A stretch of 64,000 bases of DNA. Origin: the human T2T-CHM13v2.0 reference genome, Homo sapiens. The notes beneath the pieces were generated by a model. It did no database searches, was not told the DNA's origin, and worked only from the letters and a program-made list of their open reading frames with translations. Position numbers and translations under genes: made by a program. This document shows, piece after piece, positions 24,821 to 41,433 of this stretch (position 1 is its first letter; the number at the start of each line of letters is the position of its first letter). Where the stretch lies: assembly GCF_009914755.1 (NCBI RefSeq), contig NC_060927.1, one strand, 5' to 3'.

Positions 24821-27221
24821 TGTAAATTTTATGGTTGTTCATTGGATTGGTAATAGCTCAAACCATATAGAAAATGATTGAAAAATGGAAAAGATTTTAA
24901 GAAATGTTATTAGAATATCATCATTATTGACATTAGAGGGGGTGGACATTTGTTTACAATTGAACCTAAGCATTGAATAGGTTATGTTCTTCTCTTTAGT
25001 TAAATAAAATCACTTAATAAATGAATGTTTAGTCTTTAAGCTACTGTTTAATCTTTACCTTAGTTTTTCTGCTGAAGAAAACTTTTGTAACTCAGTTTTC
25101 GATAAATAATAAACATTCCTGAAAACAGGATTTACTTAGAGTTAATGAAACCTAAATGTAATGAGTTCATTTTGCCCCTGTTAAGTCAGAGGCATATCTA
25201 TGTGTGCTATTTTAATCTTTACTGTGAATGATTTTATTACTTTGCCCATTTTCATAAAGAGATGACCATTTCCAAGGAAACATTAGGAATCATAAAACCC
25301 ACAAAATGCATACCTTAATCCTATTTTGTTATGATAGTTTCAAACAGATAGATCCTTGGAAAGCCTCAAAGAGTAGAGTTCTTGATTCTCATACTGTGGT
25401 ATGGTAAACAAGTATAAAATCTGTGAGCATAGTTTAATCAAATCAAAGTAGGGAAAAAGCAAGGTCTCTGAATGGTAATGGAAGGTGTAGCAGTGGGTGA
25501 CTTACAACTTCAGAACACTGAGGTCTCAAATGCAAAGCATGGGAGACACTGGAGCCTATTTTTTTCAATCTCACTGCTGCCTATATTCCAATGACATAGT
25601 GGTCACTTTGGATGAGAGATTAATAGGTGGTAATAAGACTTAGATATCAGAAAAATCCATTAAAAAGCCCCCTGCGTGCCTTACTTGAACTAACTCTCAG
25701 GACTGAGGCCTTACTTCACATAACTCTTAAATGGTTACCTTGCAGTAAACTTTTCATATCCTCTCCTATAGCTGGTGAGTTGGGCAATATTTGAAGTGTA
25801 TGTGACCGAGGCAGTAGTCTTTCATCAGGTCCATGCTGGCCCACATTTTTAGTCTTCCTGGCACTAGAGCTATTAATAAAATGGCAGCTGTGTAGAATAA
25901 AGTAATAGTAATGCTGATGTATTTTGTATTTTGATGCCATCACTGAAGCCATCTTTTCATCACCTGGCAACTCTACAAATCAGTGTCACCCACACCCCAC
26001 CAATCCCCCAAAGGAATGCACTTGGCTCAAAGCAACAATCCGTTTTCTCCTCCTAACACTCTGATCAGAATCAGAAGTATGACGTTACAGTATCAGTTTG
26101 ATGGTGGTGTTTTTAAAAGTAAAGTAGTAACTATATTTTGAAAAGGTTGGGTAAAGTAATATGCGGGTGGTCCTCAAGTCTCTGTTTATGACTTTTTTGT
26201 GTATTTTTTCTGTAAGAGCTGAGAGATTTTAATAGATAATAGGGAATTAAATAGAATCATCATCTAATAAGCATGACGTGTGCTGTCACTGTTAATTCAA
26301 GCATAGTGAACAATGACTGAATAATGTTGCATAGAGAGGTCTGCCATATGCTCATTCTAGATGGCTGTGGCAGGATGCTTCCTTAAATATGGATAGTATG
26401 AGCTAGCCAACAGCACTCCAAATAATCAGATTTTCTGCTACTCTCAGACTCTCATAGGGATTTAAACATTTTCAGTTAGTTGAATCATAATAATGAATTG
26501 AGATCCTAAAGGGCTTTATAGATGTGTATGCAGTGGAAGAAAAGGAAGGAGCGGGGAGATGAGAAGAGAAGGAGGGGAAGACAAAAGAGGGAATAAAATG
26601 AAATTTGAATGCTGTTTTCCTTATACCATGAGAAACACCTTCTGAATTAGAAAGAGTATGTTTTCCACACCTTCTCCCATCTAAAATTATATTAAATTCT
26701 GCTCTATGTAAAGCTGGAATACTAATGGCACATAGTACATTTAAGTGGACATTTCTCTCTGTACAACATTCTAATATCTAATTAAAGCCCAAATTACAAT
26801 GTGTTCTGATGTGTAAGTAAAGCCAAATTGATCCTTCAGTTTTATTCCACAAAATTAATTGATGGATTTATCACACTCATTGACTAGATAATATTTGGTC
26901 TGAACAAACTGAAGGACTGCAAAATTAGTTCTAGTTTAATTGAAAGGGCTAGGTGTCTCACCCCAGGGAGGATACAGGGGAAAGTCCTTTTTTTGGAAAA
27001 GGTCTTTAGACTTTAGAAACCCATATAATCTGAAACAAGTCTAATATCCTTTCTAAAGGACACTAGACTTGTTATTGGAATGTCACATTTGTTACTTAAA
27101 TCCTTGAGTAAGAATCTGAAGATCTCCGAAGCGTGCTTCTTCATTTATATCATGGGAATATGGTGCAAATTATGAGATTATATAAATTTGTGTACTTTAT
27201 GAACTAGAAAATGCTATAGAG

Positions 27222-27385
27222 CTCTGCTACTCAAAGTGTGATTTGTGGACTAGCAGCATTGGCATTACCTGGGAGCTTGTGACAAAGGCAGAATCTCAGG
27301 ACCAAGACCAGATCCACTAAAACAGAATCTGAATTTCAACAAGATCTCTAGGTGATTCATATGCATATTAAAACTTGACCGTTAC
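27222..27385. mobile_element. MER5A (hAT-Charlie MITE)
   Basis: gctactcaaagtgtg...agcagcattggcattacctgggagcttg...gcagaatctcagg...aacaagatctctaggtgattcatatgca. Confidence 0.85.
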
Positions 27386-28581
27386 TTCGCTATGTATGTA
27401 TTAACTTTGAGTATATTGTTATATATTATATGAATCTTCGAATAACCTAAACTATTTATTGGACATGATCTTTAGAGAAGAGAGATTATGGCAAATTAGC
27501 ATCCTCCAAAAAAAGTCTGAACCAAGAAAAAAACATGCAACCCCCACCCCTAAATAAAATCCAGAAAGAATCCTTATATATCTCTTCAATGTATCTCCTT
27601 GAATGCATACATAGTAAGTCTAAACACATTAATCTTTTATTTTAACCTGTGTATGGCACGAATATTATTAATTGGCAGGATGACCATGAAAGTTCACAGT
27701 GGTCTGTAAGTCTGAGTTATATTAATGTTATAATGGTAAAGAAGAAAATGCGTTTATAGATTTATAAAAGATTTTCATTCACAAGAGTTGAAATACATTC
27801 TTTCATTACAAAATGAATGTTCTTAAATAATAAGTTTTAAACCCTAATCCTTGAACATTCTGGTAATTGAAGCCTTTTACAGAACTTTCTTTTTGTTACA
27901 CCAGAAACAGCAGCAGTAGCACTCTCTTGTACTGGTAGAGTTTGGCTGAAGTATCATGGAAAATTTCAATTCCAAACAGACATAGAGGCTGGCATTTTTA
28001 TTCTTTTTCCAAAGGAGATTTTGTTAACTGAGAGGAAAGGAAACAAAGTGGGAGAAAATCTTCTTTGTTTAAATTGTTTTTAATTATGAGAAGTTTGGAG
28101 AAAATATAACCTGTTTATTTCACATATCACTTTGATACCTACTTTTCTTTTGAACTGAAACTATACTTTAGTAGGTTTCATGAAGTGTAGTGCATGTGTA
28201 GCAACAATAATGCACAGTCTGAAACAAATAAGATTTGAAAGTAACCTGGTTAAAAAGCAAGTAGCAAAGCTTGTCATTTTTAATCACTGATTTAGATAAA
28301 CAGTTTTTAAAATCCAGGACTAAAACTCAAGTATGACTCACATTTAATCTGTAAAATATGAAGTAAATTAGAGACTTACTGACCATTAAATTTATTTTAA
28401 GAGAAAAGATATATACACGCAATGCTTTCAGATCTGAAATAAGTGGTTTAATCAAATCTGTAGTATCACTGAAGATTACTGGGTTGGTTCTGAGTTTTGA
28501 CTATCCTACTCACTTTTCTATACATGGAATAGCTGAATCTCCCATCTCTATTTCTTTCTCAAACTCTCTGCTGTTCCTATT

Positions 28582-29087
28582 GCCAATTAGGAATGATTTC
28601 AGTTGCAAGTAACAGAACAGGGACTTAAACAAAAGGATATTTAATTATCTCACAAAACATGAGTCCAAAAGTGGGCATTTGGTTGTAAAGTCTCAGTGAT
28701 GTCACCAAGGACCCAGGCTCTTTCTAACTCTTCATTTAGCTATTCTTAGGGTGTTGGTGTCTTCTTTTCTCAGCTGTAAAATGGCTGTCCCATTTCTGAG
28801 CATCATATCTTCACAATAAGACTCCTAGGAGAAAAGATGTGAGTAAGTGGCAGGGATGACTCACTTCACTACCTCTACCTTTATCAGGGAGGTAAGTCTT
28901 TTTCAGAAACCACCCTATAGAATTTCATTATATCTCCCTGTCCCCTGACTGGTCATTGCTACTTTTAGCTGCAAGAGAGAAAGAGAAAGCAAGTATTTGG
29001 CTTTTTTAAATCCTCATTTATTGGGGACAGGCAAGAAAAAAACAGTTTGGGAATCGTTTATGGGTGCATCACTGAAAATATCTGACA
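28582..29087 (-). mobile_element. Old MLT1K-like LTR
   Basis: ttaggaatgatttcagttgcaagtaacaga...caaggacccaggctctttc...aaatggctg...tagctgcaagagaga. Confidence 0.65.
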
Positions 29088-29169
29088 CTCTCCTAGGGGG
29101 CAATTTAATTGGCCTAATTCAGAGGTTTTCTAGATATCATCTACTTTTGAGTATGTGCTGTATCATTAC

Positions 29170-29322
29170 ATCAAACTCTAAAGTGCATATGAATTACTTG
29201 GAGATCTTGCTGAAAGATTATATGATACAGTAGAACTAAGGTGGGGCCTGAGAAATTGCATTTGTAACAAGCTCTCAGGTGATGCCAATGCCGCTCAACC
29301 ATATAACCATAGTTTGAGTAGT
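29170..29322. mobile_element. MER5A
   Basis: ggtggggcctgagaaattgcatttgtaacaagctctcaggtgatgccaatgc...tttgagtag. Confidence 0.8.
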
Positions 29323-29632
29323 AAAGTTATATATTCTGTCTGTTCTATCATATTTTAAAAATTTTGGTCTCAGTATAATTATGCCTACCCACATTCTCAT
29401 CCCTTAATTCCTTCTGTCATTTTCTGTATACAGTTATGTTTTTTTTTTTATCATTTTTATTTTTTCACTCGTCCTCAGTCACTTTTAATGAGATAATGCA
29501 TGTGAAGGTGCTTAGCACACATAAATATTAGCTACAAATTCCTTCCATGTTTTCTGTTTTTCTACTCTTTCTTAATTTATGAAAGATTGTTTACTTTCTC
29601 CCTTTATATTCCTCTTTTAAAATTCCATTTAT

Positions 29633-29926
29633 GGCTGGATGTGGTGGCTCATGCCTGTAATCCTAGAATTTTGGGAGGCTGAGGCAGGCAAATCACTTGA
29701 GGCCAGGAGTTTGAGACCAGCCTGGCCAACATGGCGAAACCCCATCTCTACTAAAAATACAAAACTTAGCCAGATGTGGTGGTGTTCCTCTAGTTCCAGC
29801 TACCAGAGAGGCTAAGGCACAAGAATTACCTGAGCTGTGGGAACCAGAGGTTGCAGCGAGCCAAGATCATGCCACTGCGCTCTGCCCTGGGCAACAGAGT
29901 GAGACTCCATCTCAAAATAAATAAAA
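29633..29926 (+). mobile_element. AluS (Sz/Sx-like)
   Basis: Dimeric Alu; TSD taaaattccatttRt at 29618-29632 and 29927-29941. Confidence 0.95.
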
Positions 29927-30440
29927 TAAAATTCCATTTGTGAGGGAAAACTTAACTATCTAAATTAACGAATGTAAATTTAGTTGCAGTGATAGTCTCG
30001 TGTCAAAGAAAAGACAAATCTCACGTAAAAACAAATAGTAAGAGAGAATAATTTCTTGGCCATCTCTAACACTGATGGAAAGGCTGAGCATATGTTTAAT
30101 GAATTGTCACAGAATTCCCTGTTCAGATGGACACTGCTTTCTCAAATTAAACTTGTTATTCCTTAATTACAGCAGTCACAGGAAATAAAGCACTATCTCT
30201 CAGGCAATATTATTGTTTTCCTGTTTTGTTTAATTATAAGCGTAGAATAGAATTACTTACAACTATGCCTCTTTGCAAGATTTCAGTTACATTGAAGGTT
30301 AAACAGACTTTTATGAATCAACGAGGCATCATTTATACTCATGATTTCATTGGAAAATACATTGTGACTCTAGTCAGCCAGCTTACATGTATACATTTAA
30401 GTGTGTTACCTTATTCCTCGAAGACAGCTTCTAGCCTGCA

Positions 30441-30632
30441 AGCAGTGATGTCCAATAGAGCTTCCTGCAATTATGGCAATATGCTATCCGCACTGTCCCA
30501 TAGGGCAGCCACTGGCCACATGTGACACATAGCTAGTCCAAATAAAAAAATGGATTTTTAGATTTTTTCTTAGTTACTGCACATTTAAATTTAGATGTTT
30601 GTGACTGGTGACTGTCATATCAGACAGACAGC
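30441..30632. mobile_element. MER3 (hAT-Charlie MITE)
   Basis: cagtgatgtccaatagagcttcctgcaat...tagggcagccactggccacatgtg...gtgactggtgactgtcatat. Confidence 0.8.
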
Positions 30633-31549
30633 TCTAGCAGCACTGAAAGGTTGTGGGTTTTGTTTGTTTTGACCATTGTTACTGATTGGTTCTGAAGGTT
30701 AACACCTCCTTCTTGTATACCACTTATTATCTGAGAGTCCACTTAGCTTTATAGAAACAAAGTTGTGAAATATAAATGGGGCTAACCTCACTAATTTTAA
30801 ATTTATATATAGTAAAAAATGCATATAAATATTTTGGCTACTGGAGGATACAGCTTTGATAGAAATTCTTGTGACAGGATAAAGCAAAGAAATCGGAGCT
30901 AGTAATAATATTTGAACAATAATTCTCTTTTCTGGGCTGAAGAATTCATTGAACTTTATAGTTTTATGTCCATCTGAGTGTAAATTATTCCATTTCCATT
31001 AACATGTCATCATCTAATTAGTGTCCATAACATAAATTATCAACATGACTTTTTATTACCATCATTAATTCATTCATTTATTATGCATACTACACCAACT
31101 TTCAAAAGGAACAGGAGCTGATTCATTCATGTCATCACTTGGCTTTGCTGGAGTCAGTTTCAGTTCCTTTTGAAAGTTGGTGTAGTATTTGTCAGGATGT
31201 TTGTAACACACCTTGAATATGACTTCTTACAGAGTAAAAAATGCTAAGCTGTAAACCTCGTCGTATTCATATTTTAATATTATACCTGTCCTCATCTTAT
31301 TTCTCTTAGTCTTAGTTTCCATTTAATGAGTTTTTCTTCAAGTAATTACTTTTTTTAATCTCTTAGAAAGCTTAAAAAGCTATGTTAAATTCTAGTAAAT
31401 ATATTTATTTACTTTAAGGTAGGGTAAAAATCCAGCATTAAAAGTAAATAAATACATTGAGATAAATACTTTTTGGAGTTTATTTGATGGAATCGAGTAT
31501 ATATTTATATGTATAATATACATATTTATATGTTTATATGTATATATTT

Positions 31550-32010
31550 GTAACCCTTTGGAATTATTTTGGAGCTATTTATCAAAAATGATACATGATA
31601 CGTAAATGAACATTTGACCTAGCTATTCTACTTCTTGGTATTTTTCCTAGGGAAATAATCAAATGATATAGAAAGATATGTAAAATCATGTGCATTATAC
31701 ATTTATTTTTAACAAATATACGTAAAACTTAAAATAACATAAATGTGCACCAATAACATATTGGATTAGTAAATCATACATGTAAACTTGAATCTTAAGT
31801 ATTATTAAATGATCACATATATATTTTTTGACACTGAGAGATGGTGATACGTAAAGAAAATCAGGTTACAAAATAGTAGTATGTGTAGAAAAAAATCTTG
31901 TTTGGTTTAAAAGAGTGAATATTTATATTCGCATTAAAACATACTGCTATATTTTAATGGTGGTTATCACTGTACGGTAGGATTAAGAATGATTTTAAAC
32001 TTCTTTGTTA
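31550..32010 (+). mobile_element. Old L1ME 3' fragment
   Basis: tttgacctagctattctacttcttggtattt...caggttacaaaatagtagtatg...gtggttatc. Confidence 0.6.
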
Positions 32011-32071
32011 TTTTTCCCCTTAAGTGTTAACAATGTCTATATAGAAGCCTAATCATCAACTGGTATATTTT

Positions 32072-32388
<317 letters not shown>

Positions 32389-32689
32389 CAGCTGGTATAT
32401 TTTCTTACAGCCATACCAATGGTTAAAATATGGAACTATTTCCATATTGTTTGAAAAATAGCCACTATTCTGAGTCCCTCAACAAGCATGACCCTGTCTC
32501 TGCTGCCCTGGCCACCTAGACCCCTCCTCCCAGACTGCCTATATCCCAACTTATGATTTTGTTCTTAAGTCGTGACTGTATTGTTACACACTAATTCAAG
32601 TTCTAAATAATGGCCATATATAATCAAAATGGTTACAGTTTTAGAAAGAGTATCTTCCAAATTAATAAAACATTTTAAAGGGTGTTGTG

Positions 32690-33170
32690 TTGTGTTGTAT
32701 TTGATTGGAAGTAATAGGGTCTGTCTCAAACCAGGATATTTATTAGTACCATAACTGGAAGTTGAGTTGGATGATGGACTTGGTTATAATTAGAAGTTTG
32801 ATGATATGTCAAAAACAGAATATCCTATCTTGCTTCTCTGCCATCGTAATGCTGGCTTTGCTCATGGTTCCAAGGTGGCTGCCAGTGGCTTTTAAGGGTA
32901 GTTATTTTCTTATTTTTTTCCAGCAGGAAAAAGGGGGAGAAAAATCCCTCTTTCTCAAATATGACCTGTAACAATGTATCATGCCTATGGTATTATCAGT
33001 AGAATGTCTGGACTTACTGCCTAAGACTAATCAAGGTCTGTTGTCTGGGTATGGGTCTCCATTCTCTGAATCATGTGGGGGTGGGGTGGATACCTGAAAA
33101 AACTGAGTTTCACATTGTGAAGGAAAAAAGTGTGGGATAAATGCTTTATAGGCAAACAGTGGTGTCCATT
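32690..33170 (-). mobile_element. Old MLT1K/J-like LTR
   Basis: ctcatggttccaaggtggctgcca...ggggtggatacctgaa...gataaatgctttataggcaa. Confidence 0.5.
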
Positions 33171-33439
33171 TCAGCTACTTACAGATTTGGTTGTCCGGAC
33201 ATTTCACTCTGGTGGAAACTATTATTTCTTTATAGTGTATACATACACACACAAAGTCTAAAGCAAATAATACCATTATATAAAGTGAATGGATTGTAGC
33301 ATTTAAGATCAATACGACTACTTTATTTTCAATAAATAAATTTTATAATCAGTTGAAATGTATTCATTTGACTTATAAATCACCTTCACTACTACAAGCC
33401 TAGGATTATGATACCAGTGGGATTACACACAGATACATA

Positions 33440-33892
33440 CACACACAGTCGAAGCTGACCTTGAGAAAAGCATTTGTGTGCAAGCAGCATATTTATGAAG
33501 TGCAGGAATCAGTAATAGGGGAATGGGAAATAATTATGGCAAAGAAAGGGCAGCCAACGTGAGTTATTAAGCATGCCACTGTTACAGGCATTGGAGCAAG
33601 GAGACTTGGAGAAATTACATAATATACTGTGCCTCTGAATTATCCCACTTGAGTGAGGGAGCTGGGGAATTTATACACCAACTCCCATCATTTACTTGTT
33701 GAGGGCTTGCTCCCAGGGGTTTTAATTCTCCATCACTTCTAGTTTGGTACATATACAGGCCCAGGAAGCTTCTGAGATTCTGCTGGGAGAACTCTTGGCA
33801 CAGATACAGATTCTGGCAGTTAGAAGTCATAAGAGCACCATGACTTGATGGGATCTGAGGGATATGGGTGTGGCTCTGAAGTGTCCATTACA
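33440..33892 (-). mobile_element. LTR16-family (ERVL) LTR
   Basis: gctgaccttgagaaaagcatttgtgtgcaag...gagggagctggggaatttatacaccaactcccatca...tccattaca. Confidence 0.7.
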
Positions 33893-33974
33893 TTCACAAG
33901 CATGCATGCATTCATATGATAGGCATATATGTATTTGTGAGATTGCATATTATACGTATGACAGTTATAGTTAC

Positions 33975-34110
33975 TATTATATTTTATAGTACACAAATGA
34001 GGAAACTGAGGCACAAAGACATTAACCTGCTCATAATTGCACAGTTAGTAGTTAGCACAATGGGAATTCAACTTCAGGTTGCTGATGTCTGGTCCTTTGC
34101 CTCTTAATTA
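33975..34110 (-). mobile_element. MIR fragment
   Basis: acaaatgaggaaactgaggcacaaagacattaacctgctca. Confidence 0.75.
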
Positions 34111-35089
34111 CTACACTATTGGAATCAGGATACATATTTTTTTCCCCTCAGTGAAACTGTTTTACAGCATTAGATTATTTTAAAGGGCCTTGTTACCACT
34201 GTTTTCACTTTCTTGCATGTCACAATGGGCCTTGGGGCAAATGTCATACTGCCCTCTGGGGTAGGTTATCCTGTACAGAATCGAGGCCTTTTATGGCCAA
34301 TGTTTACATTGAATTTGAATTTTCATTAATTGATAACCTTTTAAAGATGGCATCTCTTTGAGCTAATGCAATCAGGAAGTTAATTTCAAATGATTGTGGT
34401 ACTGTGTCACTGAGGCCACAGAGTCCTAACAAAGGTTAGGAAATGCAGACAGTGACTCTCAGCATGAGTTTTCTTGCACAGCAAATGTAAAAATTTAGAA
34501 ACACAGTCAAGCACATATTGTTTATTTCTGCTTTAATACATATTCTCCTATAAACAGGCCAGGTGCCTGGGAGCATCTGCTTTATTTGACTGTTATACAT
34601 TTTTTATTTGACACTTCAATATTGCCTTTGGTATTGTTGTCTAATACACTTCATTATCTTATAGTGTATTATTTCCTGAGTTTGACAGCATATTTAGCAT
34701 TGTACAATACGTAAGAAGGGAAAGCTCCATTCTGAGTGCTGGTGGTTGTCATCCTTCAGCTCCATTTTGGTGTGCTGAGAGTAATTGCCACTAAACGGAA
34801 GTATACGTGGATGGGTTTGAGAAATGGGTGGGTTGGAAAATGAAAGTTGAGGGGGCCCACCTCTGCCTTGTCTGAATAGCTCCTTTACCAATGTTCTCTT
34901 TGAATAACACAAAAGTCCAGTGAAGATCTCCTCTCCATTTCCCTCCTCCTCTTTCTCCTCATCATAATAATCATGATTATTTCTACATTGTAGAGGGAGG
35001 GATTAGGAGAGTGGGTTTTGTGCTCAGACTACTTGTGCTCAAGCCCCAACTGCTTCATGGATTTATTTATTTTACTCTTATATTAAGGT

Positions 35090-35190
35090 ATATGTGCTGG
35101 ATAGAGCTGGCTTGCACCAGCTTGCAAGAACTGATTTTGCAAATCTCTTCCAAGTTCATGTTCAGTCATGTCATGTTGGTAGCTTGAAAT
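35090..35190. mobile_element. MER63-family hAT fragment
   Basis: gtgctgg...gctggcttgcaccagcttgcaaga...gttcagtcatgtcatgttggtagcttgaaat. Confidence 0.65.
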
Positions 35191-35459
35191 ACTTATGTAT
35201 ACATCACTAGCTAGGTCAAGATGTAGAGTATTACTCCAAAAATGTCCTCTCATTCCCCTCCCTGACCTAAACCATTCCCATATGAGGTTATCCCTATTTC
35301 CACTTCTATAAATATCAGTTAATTTTGCATTTATTGAAATGTGTGTAAGGAAACATCAGCATGTCTTCTTTTGAACCTGATTTCTTTTGTTCAAGAACAT
35401 GTCAGTGAGTCATGCATGTTTCTGTATGTAACTGTGCTTAACTCTTTTTTTGGTATAAA

Positions 35460-36285
35460 GTGTGCTGTTCAACATGTTATATGATAGTCCATAACCACAT
35501 GTGACTGTTGAGTACTTGAAGTGTGGCTAGTGAAACTGAGCAACTAAATTTTTAACCAGGAAACTAAACTTCACAGCACAGTGAATTGAGATGTGCGCTA
35601 AGTGTAAAATACACATTAGGTTTTGAAGACAGTATGTAAAACAGGATGTAAAATACCTTCATATTTTTTATATTGATCACTTATTAAAATGATACAAATG
35701 ATAATATTTTGATTTGTGTTAAATAAAATATGTTACTGAAAATGGTTTCACCATGTATTAACTTGGGCTATGTAACAAATTACCGCAAACTTGGTGGCTT
35801 AGAACAACATGAATTTATTCTCATTTTTCTGGAGACCATACGTCTGAAATCAAGATGTCAGGAGGGTTAGTTCCTTCTGGAGGTTCTGAGAGAGAATCCA
35901 TCCCATGCCTCACTCCTAGCTTCAGGTGGTTGTTGCAATTCTTGGCGTTGCTTGATTTGTAGACACATCACTCCAGTTTCTGCCTCCATCTTCACATGGT
36001 CTTCTGTGTCTTTTCCTTTTCTATCCCTTATAAAGACACTTTTTATTGGATTTCAGGCCCACTATAATCCAGGATGATCTCATCTTGAGGTCCTCACCTG
36101 TGTACCAAAGACACATTCCAAATAAAATTCTATACTGAAGTTTGTATGTAAATCTTTTGGGAGGGGCATTTTTCAATGTACTATACACATGCTTTTCATT
36201 TGTTTTCTACTTTATTTAATGTGACTACTAGAATGCTTAATATTACATATGTGGCTTGCATTGTGTCTCCATTAAACAGTGCTGC
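35460..36285. mobile_element. MER33 (Charlie1-derived) split by an MLT1C LTR
   Basis: ccacatgtgactgttgagtacttgaa...taagtgtaaaatacac...aatgtgactactagaa...ttacatatgtggcttgcatt...acagtgctg. Confidence 0.75.
35754..36187 (-). mobile_element. MLT1C-type MaLR LTR
   Basis: tgtaacaaattaccgcaaacttggtggcttagaacaaca...gagaatccatcccatgcctc...aatccaggatgatctcatcttgag. Confidence 0.85.
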
Positions 36286-36339
36286 TAGATGGTATCCCAT
36301 CAGGTGAGTATACTTTAATGTACCTATTCATCAGTATGA

Positions 36340-37800
<1,461 letters not shown>

Positions 37801-38691
37801 CTCCATCAGAAGAGGAAGTTGCAAGTTAGCATTTTAAGCAGAACTTAGACGCAGTTTTATTAAAATTTAATTTCAGTCACAAGTATCACATCCTATTCTT
37901 TCCCTCACTGAAACCCCTAAATTATATGCTTTGAAATATAAATAGAAAGCTCCTTTCCTGCCCTGAGTCATCAGCCCGATGACTATCATGAGAGTTCAGT
38001 ATAATGTATAGTGGAAACAAGTCTCCAAAGCAAACTTTACTAGAAACTAGAGTTGTGTTCTAGGTTAACTCATGTCACTTTGCTTGACTCTGGGATGTCT
38101 TCTTTTATACACTGGGTTCACTTTCTAATTGGCTCTGCCTACCCAGGTTGCGCTTTAAAGCCCTGAGCCTGGTTCACTCTATTACATCTAATCTCTAAAC
38201 TGGCCTAATTCCTTGCCACAAATTTCAGTTTTATTCTCTAATGTTATCTTACCATCCCTAAATCTTCTTCACTTTTGCCATGCTAACAGGCCAGATTAGG
38301 ATATATGACTTTAACTTACCACAAGATTCTCCCAATACTGCTTTACTAAATGGCCTTGAGTAGATTCCAGTTCTGATTTTGGACGGAACTATCTTGTGCT
38401 ACCACACCTCAGTTTGTGCCAATAAAGAAAGCTTTTGAGAGCTGCATTTCATACTCTGGTACAGGTGGAAAATAAGTTTCAATCTATGCGTTAGCGCAAA
38501 TTCATTGGAGATGGACTCCTTGCTTGTTGAAAGAATGTTATAGCAGAGGGATCATAGGTATCTCAAATATAGAAGGGGTGATACAGATTACACTTGTGAA
38601 TTTGGGATGAGAAATGTTCCTTTTAGATTTCATCTAAGGAAGGATGAAGAAAATAGTTATATCAAGTATCTGTTATATACTAGGTGTTTCT

Positions 38692-39014
<323 letters not shown>

Positions 39015-40193
39015 ATTTCTAGATGTTTCTGTATGCTTTATTCCATGCTATCAGGTAATTGAATATCCAAGGATGTCTGATGTCTTAGCAGTAGAAGAAT
39101 CTAATTAGCAAATACTTTCCTTGGCATGGAACTGTACATAATTTCATAACAAATGAATATTTATATTACTATAGTCAACTTACATAAATGCCTGCCAATT
39201 TTCATAGTCATGCAAAAATACTTTTTATACCCAATGCTAAATTTATTGAGGCATAACTTAAATATAGTGTATACACAGATTCTAAGTATGAAAATTGATC
39301 AATTTTGGCAAATGAATATACCCATGTTACCCATTCTCTGGCAAGATGAAGACTACTTCTGTCATCCCAGAGAGTTTCCTTGTGCCCTTCCCAATCAAGT
39401 CTCCCCCACCCGGAAACAAATGCTAATCTTATTTCTATCATAATAGTTTTGTCTCGTGTAGAATTTTATATAAATACGATTTTATATACTATTTTTTTTC
39501 TGGAGCCTTTTTCTCAGAATAATGTTGAGACTCATGATGTTATATATATCAGTAGTTTATTTGTTATTACTAAGTAGTGTTCTATAATATGAATATACTG
39601 CTAATTACCTGTTTTCCTGTTAATGGGCATCTGAACTTTTTCATATTTTGGCTATTTTAAATAAATCTTCTGTAAAGATTTGTATATGAGGCTTTCTTTT
39701 GTCAACATAGGTTCTCATTTATCTTAAATAAATACCTATAAATGAGATTCCTGGGTTATAGAATATGTCTATTTAACTTTTAAAGAAATGTCTGTACTAA
39801 TGATACTCCACGTCTTGAGGTGTATTTTGTCTGCTATTCATATAGATTTTTCCTATATTGATTGTATGGTATATATTTTTCCTTCCTTTTATATCAAAAC
39901 TTGTCTGTATCTTTAAAGGGCGTTTCTTATAAACAAGATATATAGTGGATCTTTCATTTCAATCTATTCTGACAATCTCTTCTTTTTAACTGGGATATTT
40001 AGTTCAACCCAATGCAATGTAGACATTAATATATTTGGATTTAAGGCTACCATCTTGGTATCTAGATTATACTTGTCTCACCTGTTCTGTATTTTCTGAG
40101 ATGAATTGAGTAAATTTTAGTACTCTCTTTTTTATCTCCTCTATTGGCCTTTTAATTATGCACTCTGGTCTTTTTTTAGTGCATGCTCAAGAG

Positions 40194-40411
40194 AAAGAGC
40201 CAGCAAACTACATCCTGCAGGCCATATCCAGCCCTAGTTCTTTATACACAAAGTTTCACTGGAACAGTTATGCCTATTTATTTACAAATTATATATGGCT
40301 GCTTTGGGACTACAATAGTACAGCTAAGTAGCTGCAACAAAGACTAAACAGCCTGTAGAGTCTAAAACATTTACTAATTAACCCTTTACAGAAAAAGTAT
40401 GCGAGGCCCTG
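40194..40411. mobile_element. MER58A (hAT-Charlie MITE)
   Basis: cagcaaactac...ctggaacag...ccctttacagaaaaagt..ccctg; 8-bp TSD ctcMagag at 40186-40193 and 40412-40419. Confidence 0.88.
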
Positions 40412-40591
40412 CTCCAGAGATTAAAAATACATGCATTTTCACTCTCTATAGCCTACCTCAGAAAACATCCCACTACTCCACAAACAATATATGAACCTTA
40501 CAACAATATATTTCTAATTACCAAACTCCTGCACTTTGTGTCCTTTTGTCATATGCCGTACCTCTACATATGCTATAAACCCCACAGTACA

Positions 40592-40904
40592 TTTTTTGTT
40601 TTTGTTGTTTTTTGAGACCATCTCACTCTGTCGCCCAAACTAGAGTGAAGTGGCAGGATCTCTCCTCACTGCAACATCTGCCTCCTAGGTTCAAGTGATT
40701 CTCGTGCCTCAGCCTCTGAGTAGCTGGGATTACAAACATTCAGCACCACACCCAGCTAATTTTTGTATTTTTAGTAGAGACAGGGTTTCACCATGTTGGT
40801 CCGACTGGTCTCGAACTCTTGGCCTCAAGTGATCTGCCTGCCCACTCGCCCGCCTCAGCCTCCCAAAGTACTAGGATTACAGGCATGAGCCATCACACTG
40901 GGCC
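40592..40904 (-). mobile_element. AluS (Sz-like)
   Basis: Antisense dimeric Alu; TSD ccacagt at 40582-40588 and 40905-40911. Confidence 0.92.
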
Positions 40905-41104
40905 CCACAGTCATTTTTAACATTTCTACTTTAAATAGCTTGAAGTTCACTTTAAATACTCTTTTAAAAAGACTTAATCTTGTGAAGTAGGTCTGCTGGA
41001 GATAAATTCTTTCAGCTTTTGTCTGTCTGAAAATATCTTTATTTCTCTTTCATTTTTAAAAGATATTTTCACTGGATATAAAATTCTAGTTTGACAGTTT
41101 TTTA

Positions 41105-41433
<329 letters not shown>

